From: Candidatus Indicimonas acetifermentans | GTDB lineage: Bacteria; Gemmatimonadota; Gemmatimonadetes; Palauibacterales; KS3-K002 | Length of the DNA: 64,000 bases | Assembly (NCBI GenBank): GCA_947581815.1 | Contig: CANPVX010000001.1 | Location: 31,644 to 95,643, forward strand | Direction of reading: 5' to 3' | Part shown: positions 1 to 12,928 of the stretch, piece after piece | Layout of the letters: the number at the start of each line of letters is the position of its first letter | Numbering within the stretch: position 1 is the stretch's first letter | The notes under the pieces: generated by a model | The model's input: only the letters and a program-made list of their open reading frames with translations | Databases searched by the model: none | Told to the model about the DNA's origin: nothing | Position numbers and translations under genes: made by a program

Positions 1-1268
1 AGATCGGGCACCACGAAAGCCTCGTGGTCCGTGGGGGACATGATATCGAGGCCCTGGTCGGTGAGATGGACTTGTTGCCCTTTCTCATCCATAGAGTAGA
101 GGAGCGTCTCATCGAGCTCGTTCAGACGCTTCTCCCGCATGTAGTCGGCTTCGACTTTCTGGATGAGCTTTCTAAGTCCCGAATCCTGAAGCAGCTTCGC
201 GAGCTTGCGGTTCTTGGGCATCCCTCGCTGCGCCAGTAGGAGTTTCTCTCCCACCTGGAAGTTCGCTTCCGCGCTGCCCCCGTCACCGTCGGCACCCTCG
301 AGGAGCTGGGCCGCGTCGGCTAGGAGAGTGTTGACGATATTGGTCTGCTTCTTGGCCAGGCTCGATACCTGCGAGCTGAATTCCCCGTAACGTTTGTTAT
401 CTTCGCTGCCGACGGGCCCGCTGATGATCAAAGGGGTTCTGGCCTCGTCGATCAGCACCGAATCGACCTCGTCGATGATCGCGTAGTTATGTCCCCGCTG
501 AACACGCTCCTCCAAGTGGTGGACCATATTGTCGCGGAGGTAGTCGAACCCGAACTCGTTATTGGTCCCGTACGTGATGTCGCAAGCGTAAGCGGCATGA
601 CGCTCTGCACTGCCGGGATCCGTTGCGTCGATGCAGCCCACTGTGAGTCCGAGGAACTCGAAGATGTTCCCCATCCACTCGGAGTCACGCCTGGCCAGGT
701 AGTCGTTGACGGTGACGAGGTGCGTCCCCTTGCCTGACAGCGAGTTCAGATACAGCGGCAATGTCGCAACCAGCGTCTTTCCCTCGCCAGTCGCCATCTC
801 TGCGATCTTCCCTTGGTGTAGGACGACCCCGCCGATGAGCTGAACGTCGTACGGAACCATGTCCCATTTCATCTCCCGGCCACGCACGATGATGGTTCGC
901 CCCAACAGCCTCCGGCACGTCTCGCGCACGGTGGCGAATACCTCCGGCAGCAACCCGTCGAGCAGCTCCTGGATCGTGGCCTGGAGCTCCTCCTCGAGCT
1001 CGACGATGCGCAGCGCCATGCGCTCACGATCGCTGGCCTCCTCCGTGCGTTTCTTGGTCTCTCTGAGCTCGGTCAGCTCCTCATCCAAGTCCTGGGTCCG
1101 CTCTCGCATGAAAACTCGGAATTTCTCGGTCTGCGCCTTGAGCTGCTCGTCCTCCAGCTCCGCTAGCCGCGATTCGTGAACGTGGATCTCCTCCACGATC
1201 GGCTGAATCTCGCGGATATCGCGCTCGAATCTCGTGCCGAAGAAATTCGTTACTGCGTGCTTAATCAT
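1..1268 (-). CDS. secA: Preprotein translocase SecA, N-terminal portion; the gene continues beyond window position 1
   Basis: Minus-strand translation from ATG at 1266-1268 reads [29 protein letters not shown]. Further in it reads [18 protein letters not shown], the SecA DEAD-motor motif. There is no stop before the window edge, so it is absent from the ORF track. Confidence 0.85.
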   Translation of the reverse strand, partial: MIKHAVTNFFGTRFERDIREIQPIVEEIHVHESRLAELEDEQLKAQTEKFRVFMRERTQDLDEELTELRETKKRTEEASDRERMALRIVELEEELQATIQELLDGLLPEVFATVRETCRRLLGRTIIVRGREMKWDMVPYDVQLIGGVVLHQGKIAEMATGEGKTLVATLPLYLNSLSGKGTHLVTVNDYLARRDSEWMGNIFEFLGLTVGCIDATDPGSAERHAAYACDITYGTNNEFGFDYLRDNMVHHLEERVQRGHNYAIIDEVDSVLIDEARTPLIISGPVGSEDNKRYGEFSSQVSSLAKKQTNIVNTLLADAAQLLEGADGDGGSAEANFQVGEKLLLAQRGMPKNRKLAKLLQDSGLRKLIQKVEADYMREKRLNELDETLLYSMDEKGQQVHLTDQGLDIMSPTDHEAFVVPD

Positions 1269-1293
1269 GCCATGAAAAGTGGTGTATTTGGTT

Positions 1294-1899
1294 TTAGTTC
1301 CGACCCTTGTACAACGAATGCTCCACAATGATCCGGTAGACCGGGGCGGGCACGAGGTAGCGAAACGGTCTGCCCTCCCGGACTCGCGCGCGGATATCGG
1401 TAGAAGATATCTCCACCTGGGTCACGGGCACGTATCTGATGCGATCGAAACCTGCCGCCCAATCGGGATCGACGGCTACGTCGGCTCGAGCCAGGGCGGC
1501 GAGCGTGACCCGATCCACTAGTTCTTCCGCCCGATACCACTCGTGGATCTCTGCAAGAATATCAGATCCGACGAGCAGGAAAAGCTCAGCTTCGGGGTTG
1601 GCCTCGCGTAGCTCGGCCACCGTATCGACGGTATACGACGGACCGCTTCGGCGTAGTTCGCGATCATCTACGGCGAAGAGCTCGGATCCACTTTCAGTAA
1701 TCGACTCTTCAACCATTCGGAGGCGTAGCGACGCGGGCGCCTCTACTTCCGAGGTCTTAAACGGGTGCACACCCGCCGGGATGAAGAGCACGCGGTCCAA
1801 CGAGAGCGCCGCCGCGGCATCATCGGCAATGATCAGGTGGCCGCTGTGAAGGGGATCAAACGTGCCACCCAGGATACCGAGCCTCATTTCCGGCAGCAC
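1294..1899 (-). CDS. nadD: Nicotinate-nucleotide adenylyltransferase
   Basis: The motif [15 protein letters not shown] is the (H/T)xGH nucleotidyltransferase signature, and the length is about 200 aa. The start is either GTG at 1899 or ATG at 1887. Confidence 0.85.
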   Translation of the reverse strand: MLPEMRLGILGGTFDPLHSGHLIIADDAAAALSLDRVLFIPAGVHPFKTSEVEAPASLRLRMVEESITESGSELFAVDDRELRRSGPSYTVDTVAELREANPEAELFLLVGSDILAEIHEWYRAEELVDRVTLAALARADVAVDPDWAAGFDRIRYVPVTQVEISSTDIRARVREGRPFRYLVPAPVYRIIVEHSLYKGRN

Positions 1900-1917
1900 G
1901 CCTCGAGTGCGCCTCGC

Positions 1918-2676
1918 CTATTCGGCTTCACTCGACGCCTTTTTCTCTACGTCCCGGGCTTGGCGGGAATCGGGATACTCACGGATCAGGCGAGTCTTGA
2001 TCTCCGCCGCGTCCTCAGCGTAACCGACGCGTGTGTAGCTCTCATAGAGCGTCAGCATGGCTTCGGGCTCGACCGTCGAGCCACCGTAGGTCACGAGCAG
2101 ATACTCGAGATACACGATAGCGGAGTCGTAGGCTTTGCGTTTGTAGTAATAGAGCGCGTTCAGATACTGCTTTCGCGCCAACTTATCGACCAGCTCGCCG
2201 ATTCGCTCGTTGGCTTTCGCGGCGTATGGGCTGGAGGGGTAGAGTAGCACGACAGACCTGCATTGATCGATCGCTTCTTGGGTGAACTCCTGATCGAGCT
2301 CGGGTCGGGGGGAGAGTTGATAATAGGATTCGCACGCGCGGTAGCGCGAGTCATCCGCCAGCGCGCCCGCAGGGCGGTTTTGAGCGAGTCTCAGGAATTC
2401 GCTCGCAGCGGTGATGAACTGCCTCTGCTGGTAGTACGATTCACCGATCATGTATTGGGCGCTGTCCGTTTTCGTATGCCCCGGATCCTGAAAGATGAAT
2501 CGCTGGAGGGCCTCGATCGCATTTCCGTAACTTCGCCGCTCGAACTCTTGGCGCCCGAGCTGGTACAGCTCATCGGGCGTCGCGTCGCGGGGCAGCTCCT
2601 TGGGACAAGCGGCGACGGCCAACACCAACGCAGAGAAGGCCGCTCCGCGAATCCCTAAAGCGATCCACGCGCTCAC
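1918..2676 (-). CDS. bamD: Outer membrane protein assembly factor BamD (TPR lipoprotein)
   Basis: Reading from the GTG at 2676-2674, a lipoprotein signal ...SAWIALGIRGAAFSALVLAVAAC is followed by TPR repeats. This GTG overlaps the upstream stop by 4 bp (GTGA). The ORF-track N-terminus is over-extended. Confidence 0.7.
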   Translation of the reverse strand: MSAWIALGIRGAAFSALVLAVAACPKELPRDATPDELYQLGRQEFERRSYGNAIEALQRFIFQDPGHTKTDSAQYMIGESYYQQRQFITAASEFLRLAQNRPAGALADDSRYRACESYYQLSPRPELDQEFTQEAIDQCRSVVLLYPSSPYAAKANERIGELVDKLARKQYLNALYYYKRKAYDSAIVYLEYLLVTYGGSTVEPEAMLTLYESYTRVGYAEDAAEIKTRLIREYPDSRQARDVEKKASSEAE

Positions 2677-3680
2677 GGGGTACCCCGGTAGCGGATAGAA
2701 CGAATGCGATCCTCGGCCAGCCGGACCCGCCGTCCGGTACGGCTCGGGTTGAGATCGAGCACCCGCTCGTACGATACTAGCGCCTCTTCGAACTCTCCCA
2801 GCGTGAAGAGGATCTCGCCTCGCTCGAACCAAGCGTCGTCGAGCAGCGACTGGGGGGCTTGCAGCTCGATCAAGAGCTCGAGCCGCTCGAGCGCCAACGC
2901 AGGCCGTCCAGCGGCGCGATCCGCTTCAGCCAGCTCGTAGGTGCAATGCCCGGCGTGCCACCTGGCGTCCGCGGCGAGTGACCCTCGCCGACGCACCTCC
3001 AGATAATCGAGGAAACGGGCCAGGGCGTGGCCGCATTCGCCGAGCTCGCGGTAAACCCGCCCCAGCTCGTAATGCACTTGCGGCTCGACGCTAGAGGAAT
3101 CGGGCGTATGGACCGCCAAGTAGAACGGCAACGCTTCGGCGTACTCGGCCAGCTCGTAGTAGTAGCGGGCGAATGGCAGCGCGAGGTCATCCGGCACCCC
3201 ACCCGGGCGCACGGTCTCGAGCTGCTCGAGGGCCCTGGCGAGTCCGGCCCTATCGTCCCGCTCAAGCGCGCGCCTCCCCATGAGCAGGAAGTCGGCGCTG
3301 GCCTGGTCGGCGTAAGACGAGTCGACGGCGAGTAGGCGCGAGTAATACTCGGCAGCCTCATCCAGGCGATCCAGTCGGGCGTACCCGTGGGCGAGCCGTA
3401 ACAAGATGTCCGGCTCTTCGCCGCGCTTGCGGAGCGCGACCTGGTACTCGGCCATCGCCGCTTCGGGGCGATCGCTGCCTAGCAGCTCATCGCCCGATGC
3501 CAGGTGGTCCCGTACGTCTCCGCGACAGCCGACGGCGGCCGCCAAGAGAGCAGCTACAGCAACTCGGCTAGGTGCTGACTTCAGCCGGCCCCCTCCTCGC
3601 CGGCGCGCTGGCTCCGCGGCATGTTCAGGAATGCCCGGGCCTTGGGGTGATCGGGGCTGCGCTGAAGGCAGGTCCGCCAT
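2673..3680 (-). CDS. TPR-repeat lipoprotein; the true start is probably near 3590, the track start overlaps the upstream gene
   Basis: Multiple TPR-like repeats and a lipobox-like AALLAAAVGC near the N-terminus. The 100-bp overlap with the upstream TPR gene makes the 3680 start doubtful. Confidence 0.55.
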   Translation of the reverse strand: MADLPSAQPRSPQGPGIPEHAAEPARRRGGGRLKSAPSRVAVAALLAAAVGCRGDVRDHLASGDELLGSDRPEAAMAEYQVALRKRGEEPDILLRLAHGYARLDRLDEAAEYYSRLLAVDSSYADQASADFLLMGRRALERDDRAGLARALEQLETVRPGGVPDDLALPFARYYYELAEYAEALPFYLAVHTPDSSSVEPQVHYELGRVYRELGECGHALARFLDYLEVRRRGSLAADARWHAGHCTYELAEADRAAGRPALALERLELLIELQAPQSLLDDAWFERGEILFTLGEFEEALVSYERVLDLNPSRTGRRVRLAEDRIRSIRYRGTP

Positions 3681-4300
3681 TCCTCGGTGGCGACGTCGTA
3701 CTGACCCAAGCGATAGTAAACCAACCCGAGGTTCACTCGTGCCTCTACGTAGTCGGGGTGGTCGCCCAAGATTGCTTGTAGCTCCCTCAGAGCATCCTGA
3801 AGATCCCGGCGCTCCATGAAAGCGCGAGCCAGCTTGTTGCGGATGTCCAGGAAGTCGGGTCTCAGGCGAACGGAATGGGTATACTGCTCAACCGCTTGCT
3901 TGTACGAGCCGAGGTCGACGTAGAGGTCTGCCAATTCCATGTGCATATTGGCGAGGCGGGCTGAGACAGAGCGGGAAAACGGCCTACCGGCGGAATGGTC
4001 GCTATCCCAAGCCTGCCGAAACGATTCGCGTGCCTCGTCATATCGGCCCAGATCATTGAGCGTGATCGCCCGGTTCAGGTGAGCCTCGACGTACGAAGGG
4101 TTCAGCGCCAGCGCCCGGTCGAACTCAGACACAGCAGCTTCAGGCTGACCCGCAAGGCTGAGGGCTACGCCCAGGAGCTGCCGAACATCAGCAAAGCCGG
4201 GCTCCCGGTCGGCGGCCTCCTTGAGAGCGGAGATCGCCCCGACGTAATCGTTCTGCGCCAGGCTCTCTTTCCCCTTGGAGATAAGCTGGTCTGTATTCAT
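3581..4300 (-). CDS. TPR-repeat protein
   Basis: Repeated A..Y..LG..A motifs (ALALNPSYVEAHLNRA..., DALRELQAILGDHPDYVEARVNLG) and an ATG at 4298-4300. Confidence 0.6.
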   Translation of the reverse strand: MNTDQLISKGKESLAQNDYVGAISALKEAADREPGFADVRQLLGVALSLAGQPEAAVSEFDRALALNPSYVEAHLNRAITLNDLGRYDEARESFRQAWDSDHSAGRPFSRSVSARLANMHMELADLYVDLGSYKQAVEQYTHSVRLRPDFLDIRNKLARAFMERRDLQDALRELQAILGDHPDYVEARVNLGLVYYRLGQYDVATEEWRTCLQRSPDHPKARAFLNMPRSQRAGEEGAG

Positions 4301-4312
4301 CGCCGAAAAAAG

Positions 4313-5059
4313 CTAGGCTTTCTGTGCCTTCCGGGCAAGCGAGCCCTTTGGTTTACCGCGGCGAAAGAGGCGTCGCCAGAGGCCGTACTTAAGAATGCAC
4401 CTCAAGGCCGAGACACCGTCCTTCCAGTCGATCTTCTTGCCTTCCTCATAAGTTCTACCGCTGTAGGAGATCCCCACCTCGTAGATACGCCAGCCCCCCA
4501 GAGCCAGCTTGGCCGTGATCTCGGGCTCAAGCCCGAAACGGTGCTCCTCGATCTCGATCGCTTCCAGAACCTCCCGCCGAAACATCTTGTAGCACGTTTC
4601 CATATCGGTCAGGTTCAAGTTGGTGATCATGTTGGAAAGCAGGGTGAGGAACCTGTTACCGACGTAGTGCCAGAAGTAAAGCACGCGATGCGGTCCTTGG
4701 CCCGTGAAACGCGAACCATAGACGGCGTCGGCCCTACCCGAGGCTATCGGCTCCAAGAGTCTCGGGAATTCGGACGGATCGTACTCGAGATCGGCGTCCT
4801 GAATGATCGCTGCATCACCCGTGGCTTCCGCCACGGCAGCCCGAATCGCGGCGCCCTTCCCCTGATTCTTCGGCTGCAGAACCAGCTGATCGATGGACCC
4901 GCGTTGGTGTAGCTTCTGGAGCACTTCGCGAGTCCCATCGGTAGAGAAATCGTCGACGACGACTATCTCGATGTCCATCGGCACCTCGCGAACACGCTCG
5001 ACTATGACTTCGACCGTCTCGACCTCGTTGTACACCGGGATGAGAACCGAGAGCTTCAC
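4313..5059 (-). CDS. Family-2 glycosyltransferase, polyprenol-phosphate sugar transferase-like (DPM1/ArnC-like catalytic domain, no C-terminal TM helices)
   Basis: [12 protein letters not shown]...[11 protein letters not shown]...QDADLEY carries the GT2 DXD-type motifs. Confidence 0.75.
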   Translation of the reverse strand: MKLSVLIPVYNEVETVEVIVERVREVPMDIEIVVVDDFSTDGTREVLQKLHQRGSIDQLVLQPKNQGKGAAIRAAVAEATGDAAIIQDADLEYDPSEFPRLLEPIASGRADAVYGSRFTGQGPHRVLYFWHYVGNRFLTLLSNMITNLNLTDMETCYKMFRREVLEAIEIEEHRFGLEPEITAKLALGGWRIYEVGISYSGRTYEEGKKIDWKDGVSALRCILKYGLWRRLFRRGKPKGSLARKAQKA

Positions 5060-5073
5060 GCCAAGCCCATGCG

Positions 5074-6024
5074 CTAAGTTCGAGCGGAATCGAGATCAAG
5101 CACTTCGCGGAAGTACGCTATTGTCTTGAGCAGGCCATCGCGGAGCTCGATCTGCGGGCTCCAGCCGAGGAGCTCGCTCGCGGCGGTCGTATCAGGCCGG
5201 CGGACCTTTGGATCGTTGACCGGTAGCGGTCGGTGATCGACCCCGGACTGGCTTTCTAGGATCTCGAGTACCAATTCCGCGAGCTGGTTGATCGTGAATT
5301 CGTTGGGATTTCCGATATTGAGCGGATCGATCCGATCAGATAGGAACAATCGGTAGATACCATCGACCAAGTCATCGACGTAGCAGAAAGATCGCGTCTG
5401 CGAGCCATCTCCGTAGACCGTGAGAGGTTCCCCGCGAAGCGCCTGAACGATGAAGTTGGATACAACGCGCCCGTCGTCGGGCCGCATGCGTGGACCGTAG
5501 GTGTTGAATATCCGCACGATGCGTGTTTCGACGCCGTGATATCTGTGATACGCCATAGTGAGCGCTTCCGCGAAGCGCTTTGCCTCGTCATACACGCCTC
5601 GGGGGCCCACGGGATTCACGTTACCCCAGTACGTCTCCGGTTGCGGATGTACGGCCGGATCACCGTAGACTTCGGATGTGGAGGCGAGCAGAAAGCGCGC
5701 ATTCTTCGCGCGGGCCAGGCCCAACGCCTTGTGCGTGCCCAGCGAGCCGACCTTCAAAGTCTGGATCGGAAAATTGAGGTAGTCGACCGGACTGGCCGGT
5801 GACGCGAAGTGGAGCACCCCATCGAGCTCCCCCGCAACATAGAGGAACTGCGTGACATCGTGGTTGAAGAACGAGAATAGCTCGTGGCCCAGCAGGTGCC
5901 CGATGTTATCGGCGTTTCCCGTAATGAGGTTGTCGAGGCCGACCACTTCGTGCCCCTCGGCGAGCAAGCGATCCGCCAGATGGGAGCCCAGAAAGCCAGC
6001 GACTCCCGTGACGAGCACCCTCAC
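5074..6024 (-). CDS. UDP-glucuronate decarboxylase (UDP-xylose synthase-like NAD-dependent SDR)
   Basis: [16 protein letters not shown] Rossmann motif, a YxxxK region, and overall UXS/ArnA-decarboxylase-like sequence. It overlaps ugd by 4 bp. Confidence 0.75.
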   Translation of the reverse strand: MRVLVTGVAGFLGSHLADRLLAEGHEVVGLDNLITGNADNIGHLLGHELFSFFNHDVTQFLYVAGELDGVLHFASPASPVDYLNFPIQTLKVGSLGTHKALGLARAKNARFLLASTSEVYGDPAVHPQPETYWGNVNPVGPRGVYDEAKRFAEALTMAYHRYHGVETRIVRIFNTYGPRMRPDDGRVVSNFIVQALRGEPLTVYGDGSQTRSFCYVDDLVDGIYRLFLSDRIDPLNIGNPNEFTINQLAELVLEILESQSGVDHRPLPVNDPKVRRPDTTAASELLGWSPQIELRDGLLKTIAYFREVLDLDSART

Positions 6025-7331
6025 GTCACGGACTCGCGGCCCAAAGGGTAATATGTGAACTTCAGGTCTCTCATCTTCGACGGCTCATACAGGTTCCGGG
6101 CATCGAACACGACCGGCGTCTTCATCAGTTGACGCACACGAGCGAAGTTGGGGGTGCGGTAATCCAGCCAGTCGGTCATCACCACGAGTCCGTCCGCACC
6201 GTCTACCGCTTCCATACCATGGTCACAATACTTGATCCGGTCTCCCCAGATCCTTCTCGCCGATTCTCGAGCCGCGGGGTCGTGGCCGAATACCGTCGCG
6301 CCGCGCTCGAGTAATCCGTCGATGAGGACGATCGAAGGCGATTCTCGCATATCGTCGGTGCCAGGCTTGAAAGCGAGTCCCCACACTGCGATCGATTTTC
6401 CGCTGAGATCGTCGCCGAAGTGCTCAACGACTTTTTGGAGGAAGAGCCGTTTCTGTACTTCGTTCACCTCCTCCACCGCGCGCAAGATCTTGAAGTCGTA
6501 ATCCAGCTTGTCCGCGGCATGGATGAGGGCCTTTACGTCCTTTGGGAAGCATGAACCGCCGTATCCAGGACCCGGAAAGAGAAAAGTCGGACCTATGCGT
6601 CGATCGCTTCCCACGCCGTGACGCACGTGAGTTACGTCAGCGCCGGTCAACTCGCTAAGCCTGGCCACCTCATTCATAAGGCTGATACGGGTCGCCAGCA
6701 TTGCGTTGGCTACATACTTGGTCAACTCGGCGCTCGCGATATCCATGAAGATGATCGGATTACCCGTCCTCACGAACGGCTCATAGAGCTCCTCCAGCCG
6801 ATCCCTCGCTTGCTCTGAGTCTACACCCAGGACGATGCGATCAGGTCGCATGAAATCCTTGATCGCGTCACCCTCCTTCAGAAACTCCGGATTCGATGCT
6901 ACGTACACTCTGTGCTCGGTCCGCTTTTCTATCTCCGCTCTCACCAAGCTTGCAGTCCCCACGGGCACGGTACTCTTGGTCACGACGACTTTTTCGGCGT
7001 TCATGGTGTCGCCGATCGTAGCGGCGACGTCTAGAACGTGGCGAAGATCCGCCGACCCATCTTCATCCGGCGGTGTCCCTACGGCGATAAAGATGACCTC
7101 AGACGCTGTGATCAGCGAGACAATGTCAGTGGTGAAGCTCAATCGACCTTCGCGCAGGTTCCGTCCAACCAGAGGCCCTAGCCCGGGCTCATAGATAGGT
7201 ATTTTTCCATTGTTGAGAGCGCCGACTTTCTCCGCATCTACATCACCGCATATGACATCATTGCCCGTTTGAGCGAGACAGGCGCCCGCCACGAGCCCGA
7301 CGTACCCGGATCCTATAATCCCAACATTCAT
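6021..7331 (-). CDS. ugd: UDP-glucose 6-dehydrogenase
   Basis: [17 protein letters not shown]-binding fold and the GGSCFPKD catalytic-Cys motif. The true start is the internal ATG at 7329-7331, not the track start at 7394. Confidence 0.85.
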   Translation of the reverse strand: MNVGIIGSGYVGLVAGACLAQTGNDVICGDVDAEKVGALNNGKIPIYEPGLGPLVGRNLREGRLSFTTDIVSLITASEVIFIAVGTPPDEDGSADLRHVLDVAATIGDTMNAEKVVVTKSTVPVGTASLVRAEIEKRTEHRVYVASNPEFLKEGDAIKDFMRPDRIVLGVDSEQARDRLEELYEPFVRTGNPIIFMDIASAELTKYVANAMLATRISLMNEVARLSELTGADVTHVRHGVGSDRRIGPTFLFPGPGYGGSCFPKDVKALIHAADKLDYDFKILRAVEEVNEVQKRLFLQKVVEHFGDDLSGKSIAVWGLAFKPGTDDMRESPSIVLIDGLLERGATVFGHDPAARESARRIWGDRIKYCDHGMEAVDGADGLVVMTDWLDYRTPNFARVRQLMKTPVVFDARNLYEPSKMRDLKFTYYPLGRESVT

Positions 7332-7476
7332 CGCTATACTTTGTCCAGCTTGGTTTCGTGATCGGCCTAGCCCAGTCGGCCGGCCCGCTCGCAAGGAGCG
7401 CTGGGCAGGAAACCTAGTATATCCGCACCGCGCTCACGCCGGCAACGCCAGTGAAGGCGGCGCCCGGCGACTCAAC

Positions 7477-9470
<1,994 letters not shown>

Positions 9471-10805
9471 CTAATTAGCCTCCGCTGCCTGCACTGCTGA
9501 AGGCGCCTCTTCCACAGGGTCGTGCCTCAGCACGTTGCGCGTATCAACGACCGGGCGTCCGCTCGAGCGGATCATCTCGTAATCGACGGAGCTGTGGTCT
9601 GTCACGATCACGATCAGGTCAGTCGCGGCCAGAACTCCCAAATCTAGCGTGACCGAGCTTAGAGCCTGACCCTCGTGCTCAAGAGAGGGCACGAACGGAT
9701 CGTGGTAGTAGACTTCGGCCCCCTTGGATGCCAGTAGCCTGATGATGTCTAAGGCCGGTGATTCGCGCGTGTCCGCCACGTCCGGTTTGTAAGCCACCCC
9801 CAGCACCAACACGCGCGAACCCCTTACGGGCTTGCCTTCCTGGTTCAGCGCGTCGGCCGCTTTCTGCGCCACATAGGCGGGCATCTCCGCGTTGATCTCG
9901 CTCGCCAGCTCCACTAGACGCGTCTTGTAGTCGAGCGTCTTCATCTTCCACGAGAGGTAATGCGGGTCGACGGGAATGCAGTGGCCGCCCAACCCCGGAC
10001 CCGGCGTGAAACGCATGAAGCCGAAAGGCTTGGTTGCCGCCGCCTCGATGACCTCCCAGACGTCCACTCCGAGCTTGTCGCAAACAACCGCCATTTCGTT
10101 GGCGAGCGCTATGTTCACTGAGCGAAACGTGTTCTCAAGCAGCTTCACCAGCTCGGCGGCCTCCGTGCTTGAAACGGGTATCACGTTGTCGATGATCGTC
10201 GAGAAAAGAGCGACCGCAGCGCTAGCGCACGCAGGGGTCATCCCGCCAACGATCTTAGGCGTGTTGCTGATCGTCCAGTGCGGATTGCCAGGGTCGACGC
10301 GCTCGGGGCTAAAAGCCAAGAAGAAATCGTCTCCTACTCGCAGCCCACCCGCCTCGGAGAGCGCAGGTAGCAGCAGCTCACGCGTGGTCCCTGGATATGT
10401 CGTCGACTTGAGAACGACGAGCTGTCCGGGCCTCAGCGTGCGCCCGATCGAGTCGGTGACGGACATTATGTAGGAGACGTCTGGGTCGCCGGTCTTGTTC
10501 AGAGGCGTGGGCACGCAAATGCAGATGGCGTCCGCATCTCCCAACCGGTCGAAGTCATCTGTCGCCACGAGGCGACCAGTCTCGACCGCCTCTGCCAACC
10601 TATCGTTCGGCACGTCACCTACGTGCGACATACCACGCCTCACGCCCTCGATCTTTGCTCTGGCGAGCTCGAAGCCGACGACGTGAAAGCCCGCTCGAAC
10701 GAACTCGACCGCCAGCGGCAATCCCACATAACCGAGACCGACTACGCCAACTGTGGCTTCTCGGCTATCAATCTTCGAGATCAGTGACCGCTCAAGCACA
10801 GTCAA
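9471..10805 (-). CDS. UDP-N-acetyl-D-glucosamine / mannosamine 6-dehydrogenase (WbpA/WecC family nucleotide-sugar dehydrogenase)
   Basis: VGVVGLGYVGLPLAVEF NAD-binding motif and a GGHCIPVD catalytic-Cys motif; 444 aa. Confidence 0.75.
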   Translation of the reverse strand: MTVLERSLISKIDSREATVGVVGLGYVGLPLAVEFVRAGFHVVGFELARAKIEGVRRGMSHVGDVPNDRLAEAVETGRLVATDDFDRLGDADAICICVPTPLNKTGDPDVSYIMSVTDSIGRTLRPGQLVVLKSTTYPGTTRELLLPALSEAGGLRVGDDFFLAFSPERVDPGNPHWTISNTPKIVGGMTPACASAAVALFSTIIDNVIPVSSTEAAELVKLLENTFRSVNIALANEMAVVCDKLGVDVWEVIEAAATKPFGFMRFTPGPGLGGHCIPVDPHYLSWKMKTLDYKTRLVELASEINAEMPAYVAQKAADALNQEGKPVRGSRVLVLGVAYKPDVADTRESPALDIIRLLASKGAEVYYHDPFVPSLEHEGQALSSVTLDLGVLAATDLIVIVTDHSSVDYEMIRSSGRPVVDTRNVLRHDPVEEAPSAVQAAEAN

Positions 10806-11779
10806 CCTCCAAGTAACCGGGCGAGCTGCCCGGCGTAGTACGTGATGATCAGATCCGCACCGGCCCGCCGGATAGAGTGCGCCGCTTCCAGCAGCGCCTT
10901 CTCTTCGTCCAGCCAGCCGCGTTCGCCCGCCGCCCGCAGCATACTGTATTCACCGGAAACGTGGTATGCCGCGACAGGGTAACCCGTCTCCAGCTTCACC
11001 CTATAGATGATATCCAGATATGGAAGGGCGGGCTTGACCAGTAGGATGTCTGCACCCTCTTCGACATCGAGCCACACCTCGCGGATCGCTTCGTCCGAGT
11101 TGGCTGGATCCATCTGATAACCGAGCCGATCACCTGCCTCCGGAGCCGAGCCCGCCGCGTCGCGAAACGGTCCGTAGAACGCCGAGGCATACTTGGCGGC
11201 ATGGGACATAATCGCGACGCCGGATAGGTCCGCCGCGTCGAGCGCCTCCCGTACCGCCGCCACGCGGCCATCCATCATGTCGCTCGGCGCTACGATGTCC
11301 GCGCCAGCTTCCCCCTGCGATATCGCGGTTTGCGCCAGCAATTCAAGGGTCGCGTCGTTGTCGACCTCACCCGCGTCCGTGAGGATTCCACAGTGCCCGT
11401 GGTCCGTGTACTCACACAAGCAGACATCGGTGATCACCACCAGCTGCGGTTTATTCTCCTTGATCGCGCGCACCGCCTGTTGCACGATCCCGTCGCTTGC
11501 GTACGCACCTTGACCGCGGCGGTCTTTCTGCTGCGGGATCCCAAATAGGAGGACCGCCCCTACGCCCAGCGCGTGTAAGCTTGACGCCTCCTCGACGACC
11601 GCTTCCACAGAGAGACGCGAGACGCCTGGCATGGAGGCCACGGGATGGCGACCCTCTTCGTGGGTTACGAATAACGGAGCGATCAGATGCCCAGGTTCTA
11701 TCGAGGTTTCCTTGATAAGGGATCGGAGCGCCTCCGTCCTCCGCAGCCGCCGAGGTCTGTAGCTCGGAAAGCTCGGCAT
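10802..11779 (-). CDS. hemB: Porphobilinogen synthase (delta-aminolevulinate dehydratase)
   Basis: RPRRLRRTEALRSLIKET...; the Schiff-base lysine region ALPYLDIIYRVK; 325 aa. Confidence 0.9.
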   Translation of the reverse strand: MPSFPSYRPRRLRRTEALRSLIKETSIEPGHLIAPLFVTHEEGRHPVASMPGVSRLSVEAVVEEASSLHALGVGAVLLFGIPQQKDRRGQGAYASDGIVQQAVRAIKENKPQLVVITDVCLCEYTDHGHCGILTDAGEVDNDATLELLAQTAISQGEAGADIVAPSDMMDGRVAAVREALDAADLSGVAIMSHAAKYASAFYGPFRDAAGSAPEAGDRLGYQMDPANSDEAIREVWLDVEEGADILLVKPALPYLDIIYRVKLETGYPVAAYHVSGEYSMLRAAGERGWLDEEKALLEAAHSIRRAGADLIITYYAGQLARLLGG

Positions 11780-12579
11780 CAGTCGGGTCGATCCGTGTAG
11801 TACTCCAAGATCGCCTGCACCAACCCCTCCACCGTATACTCGGTCGCCACCGTATCCACGCGAACCCCCCTGGCTCGCGCGGCCGCAGCCGTGATCGGAC
11901 CGATCACCGCAACGCGCGCCCTCCCCAGATCCGGTCCCGCCGCATCGACAAAATGATCGAGCGTGGACGCCGCTGTGAAGGTTACCATATCGATTTCGTT
12001 TCTTTCCAGGGCACCCTGCAGTCGTTCGATCCCCTCAGAGTCCGGTCTTGATTCGTAAGCCGCAATCTCATCCACTTCGGCGCCGGCTTCCTCCAGTAGC
12101 TCGCGGAGGACCGGCCTGGCGCCTGCCGCTCTGGGGAGCAGCACGCGCCGACCCCGAAGCTCTCCCCGCTCAATCAGCGCCTCCGCCACAGCCTCCGCCA
12201 CGAACTCCGAGGGCATGAGGTCCATCGGCACATCCCGTGCCCGCAGCGCGGCCGCCGTAGCCGGGCCAATCGCCGCTACCTGGACCCCCTCGGGCCAACC
12301 GACCCCCTTCTCGTCCAGGAGCCGCAAGAACCTCTCGACGCCGTTCACGCTCGTGAAGACCACCCATGCGTAGCCTTCCAACGAATCAACAGACTCGCGG
12401 AGCGGGGCCAGATCGGCAGGGTCGTCGATGCAGATCGTTGGGCAGCCCAACGGATCGCCGCCGAGCTCCTGTAGAGCCTCAGTTAGATGACGGCCCTGGG
12501 GCTCCGGCCGGGTAATCGCAATTCGCCGGGCCTTTAGCGGGGGTTCGCCTTCGAATCGGTCCTCTGGCCTGACCTGCAT
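11779..12579 (-). CDS. hemD: Uroporphyrinogen-III synthase
   Basis: HemD-like two-domain sequence (..VVFTSVNGVERF..). Its stop lies 1 bp after the hemB start. Confidence 0.7.
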   Translation of the reverse strand: MQVRPEDRFEGEPPLKARRIAITRPEPQGRHLTEALQELGGDPLGCPTICIDDPADLAPLRESVDSLEGYAWVVFTSVNGVERFLRLLDEKGVGWPEGVQVAAIGPATAAALRARDVPMDLMPSEFVAEAVAEALIERGELRGRRVLLPRAAGARPVLRELLEEAGAEVDEIAAYESRPDSEGIERLQGALERNEIDMVTFTAASTLDHFVDAAGPDLGRARVAVIGPITAAAARARGVRVDTVATEYTVEGLVQAILEYYTDRPD

Positions 12580-12601
12580 AGTATCACATCCATAAAGCCG
12601 T

Positions 12602-12623
12602 CTGGCCCGGATTCCCGGGCCAG
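12602..12623. promoter_or_regulatory. Perfect 9-bp stem / 4-nt loop hairpin in the hemD 5' leader / divergent intergenic region
   Basis: ctggcccgg-attc-ccgggccag. A GCGCATGCGC palindrome lies about 60 bp further in, at 12680-12689. Confidence 0.4.
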
Positions 12624-12928
12624 CATGGCGAGTCGTATCCCAGGTGTCAGTGGCGGCGCGGGCGTTTTCTGATCAGCGTGCGCATGCGCGCTGCCCGCGC
12701 TGAATATGCAGCCGCCCGGCATACCGAGCAACAGACCGGCAGCGCAAGGACTTGCGGTGTTTGGAGATAGAGAGCCGACACCCGTCTTGCGTCTGGCGTC
12801 ATTGCCCCCATCATCGGGCGACCGATATATTGGCGGGGCCAGCAACAAACGCCCAAACGCCCACATCCGGCATTTGCGGTTCGGCGCTAGACCCAGTTTG
12901 CGACGTGCCGGCTAGAAAGGAGCTACCG

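Noticed and set aside
12752-12928. N-terminal extension of the orphan gene as given in the ORF track (start at 12752)
   Set aside because: The extension has typical intergenic high GC and no RBS. The canonical AAAGGAG-ATG at 12916-12931 fits the compositional boundary, so the short 128-aa form was called.
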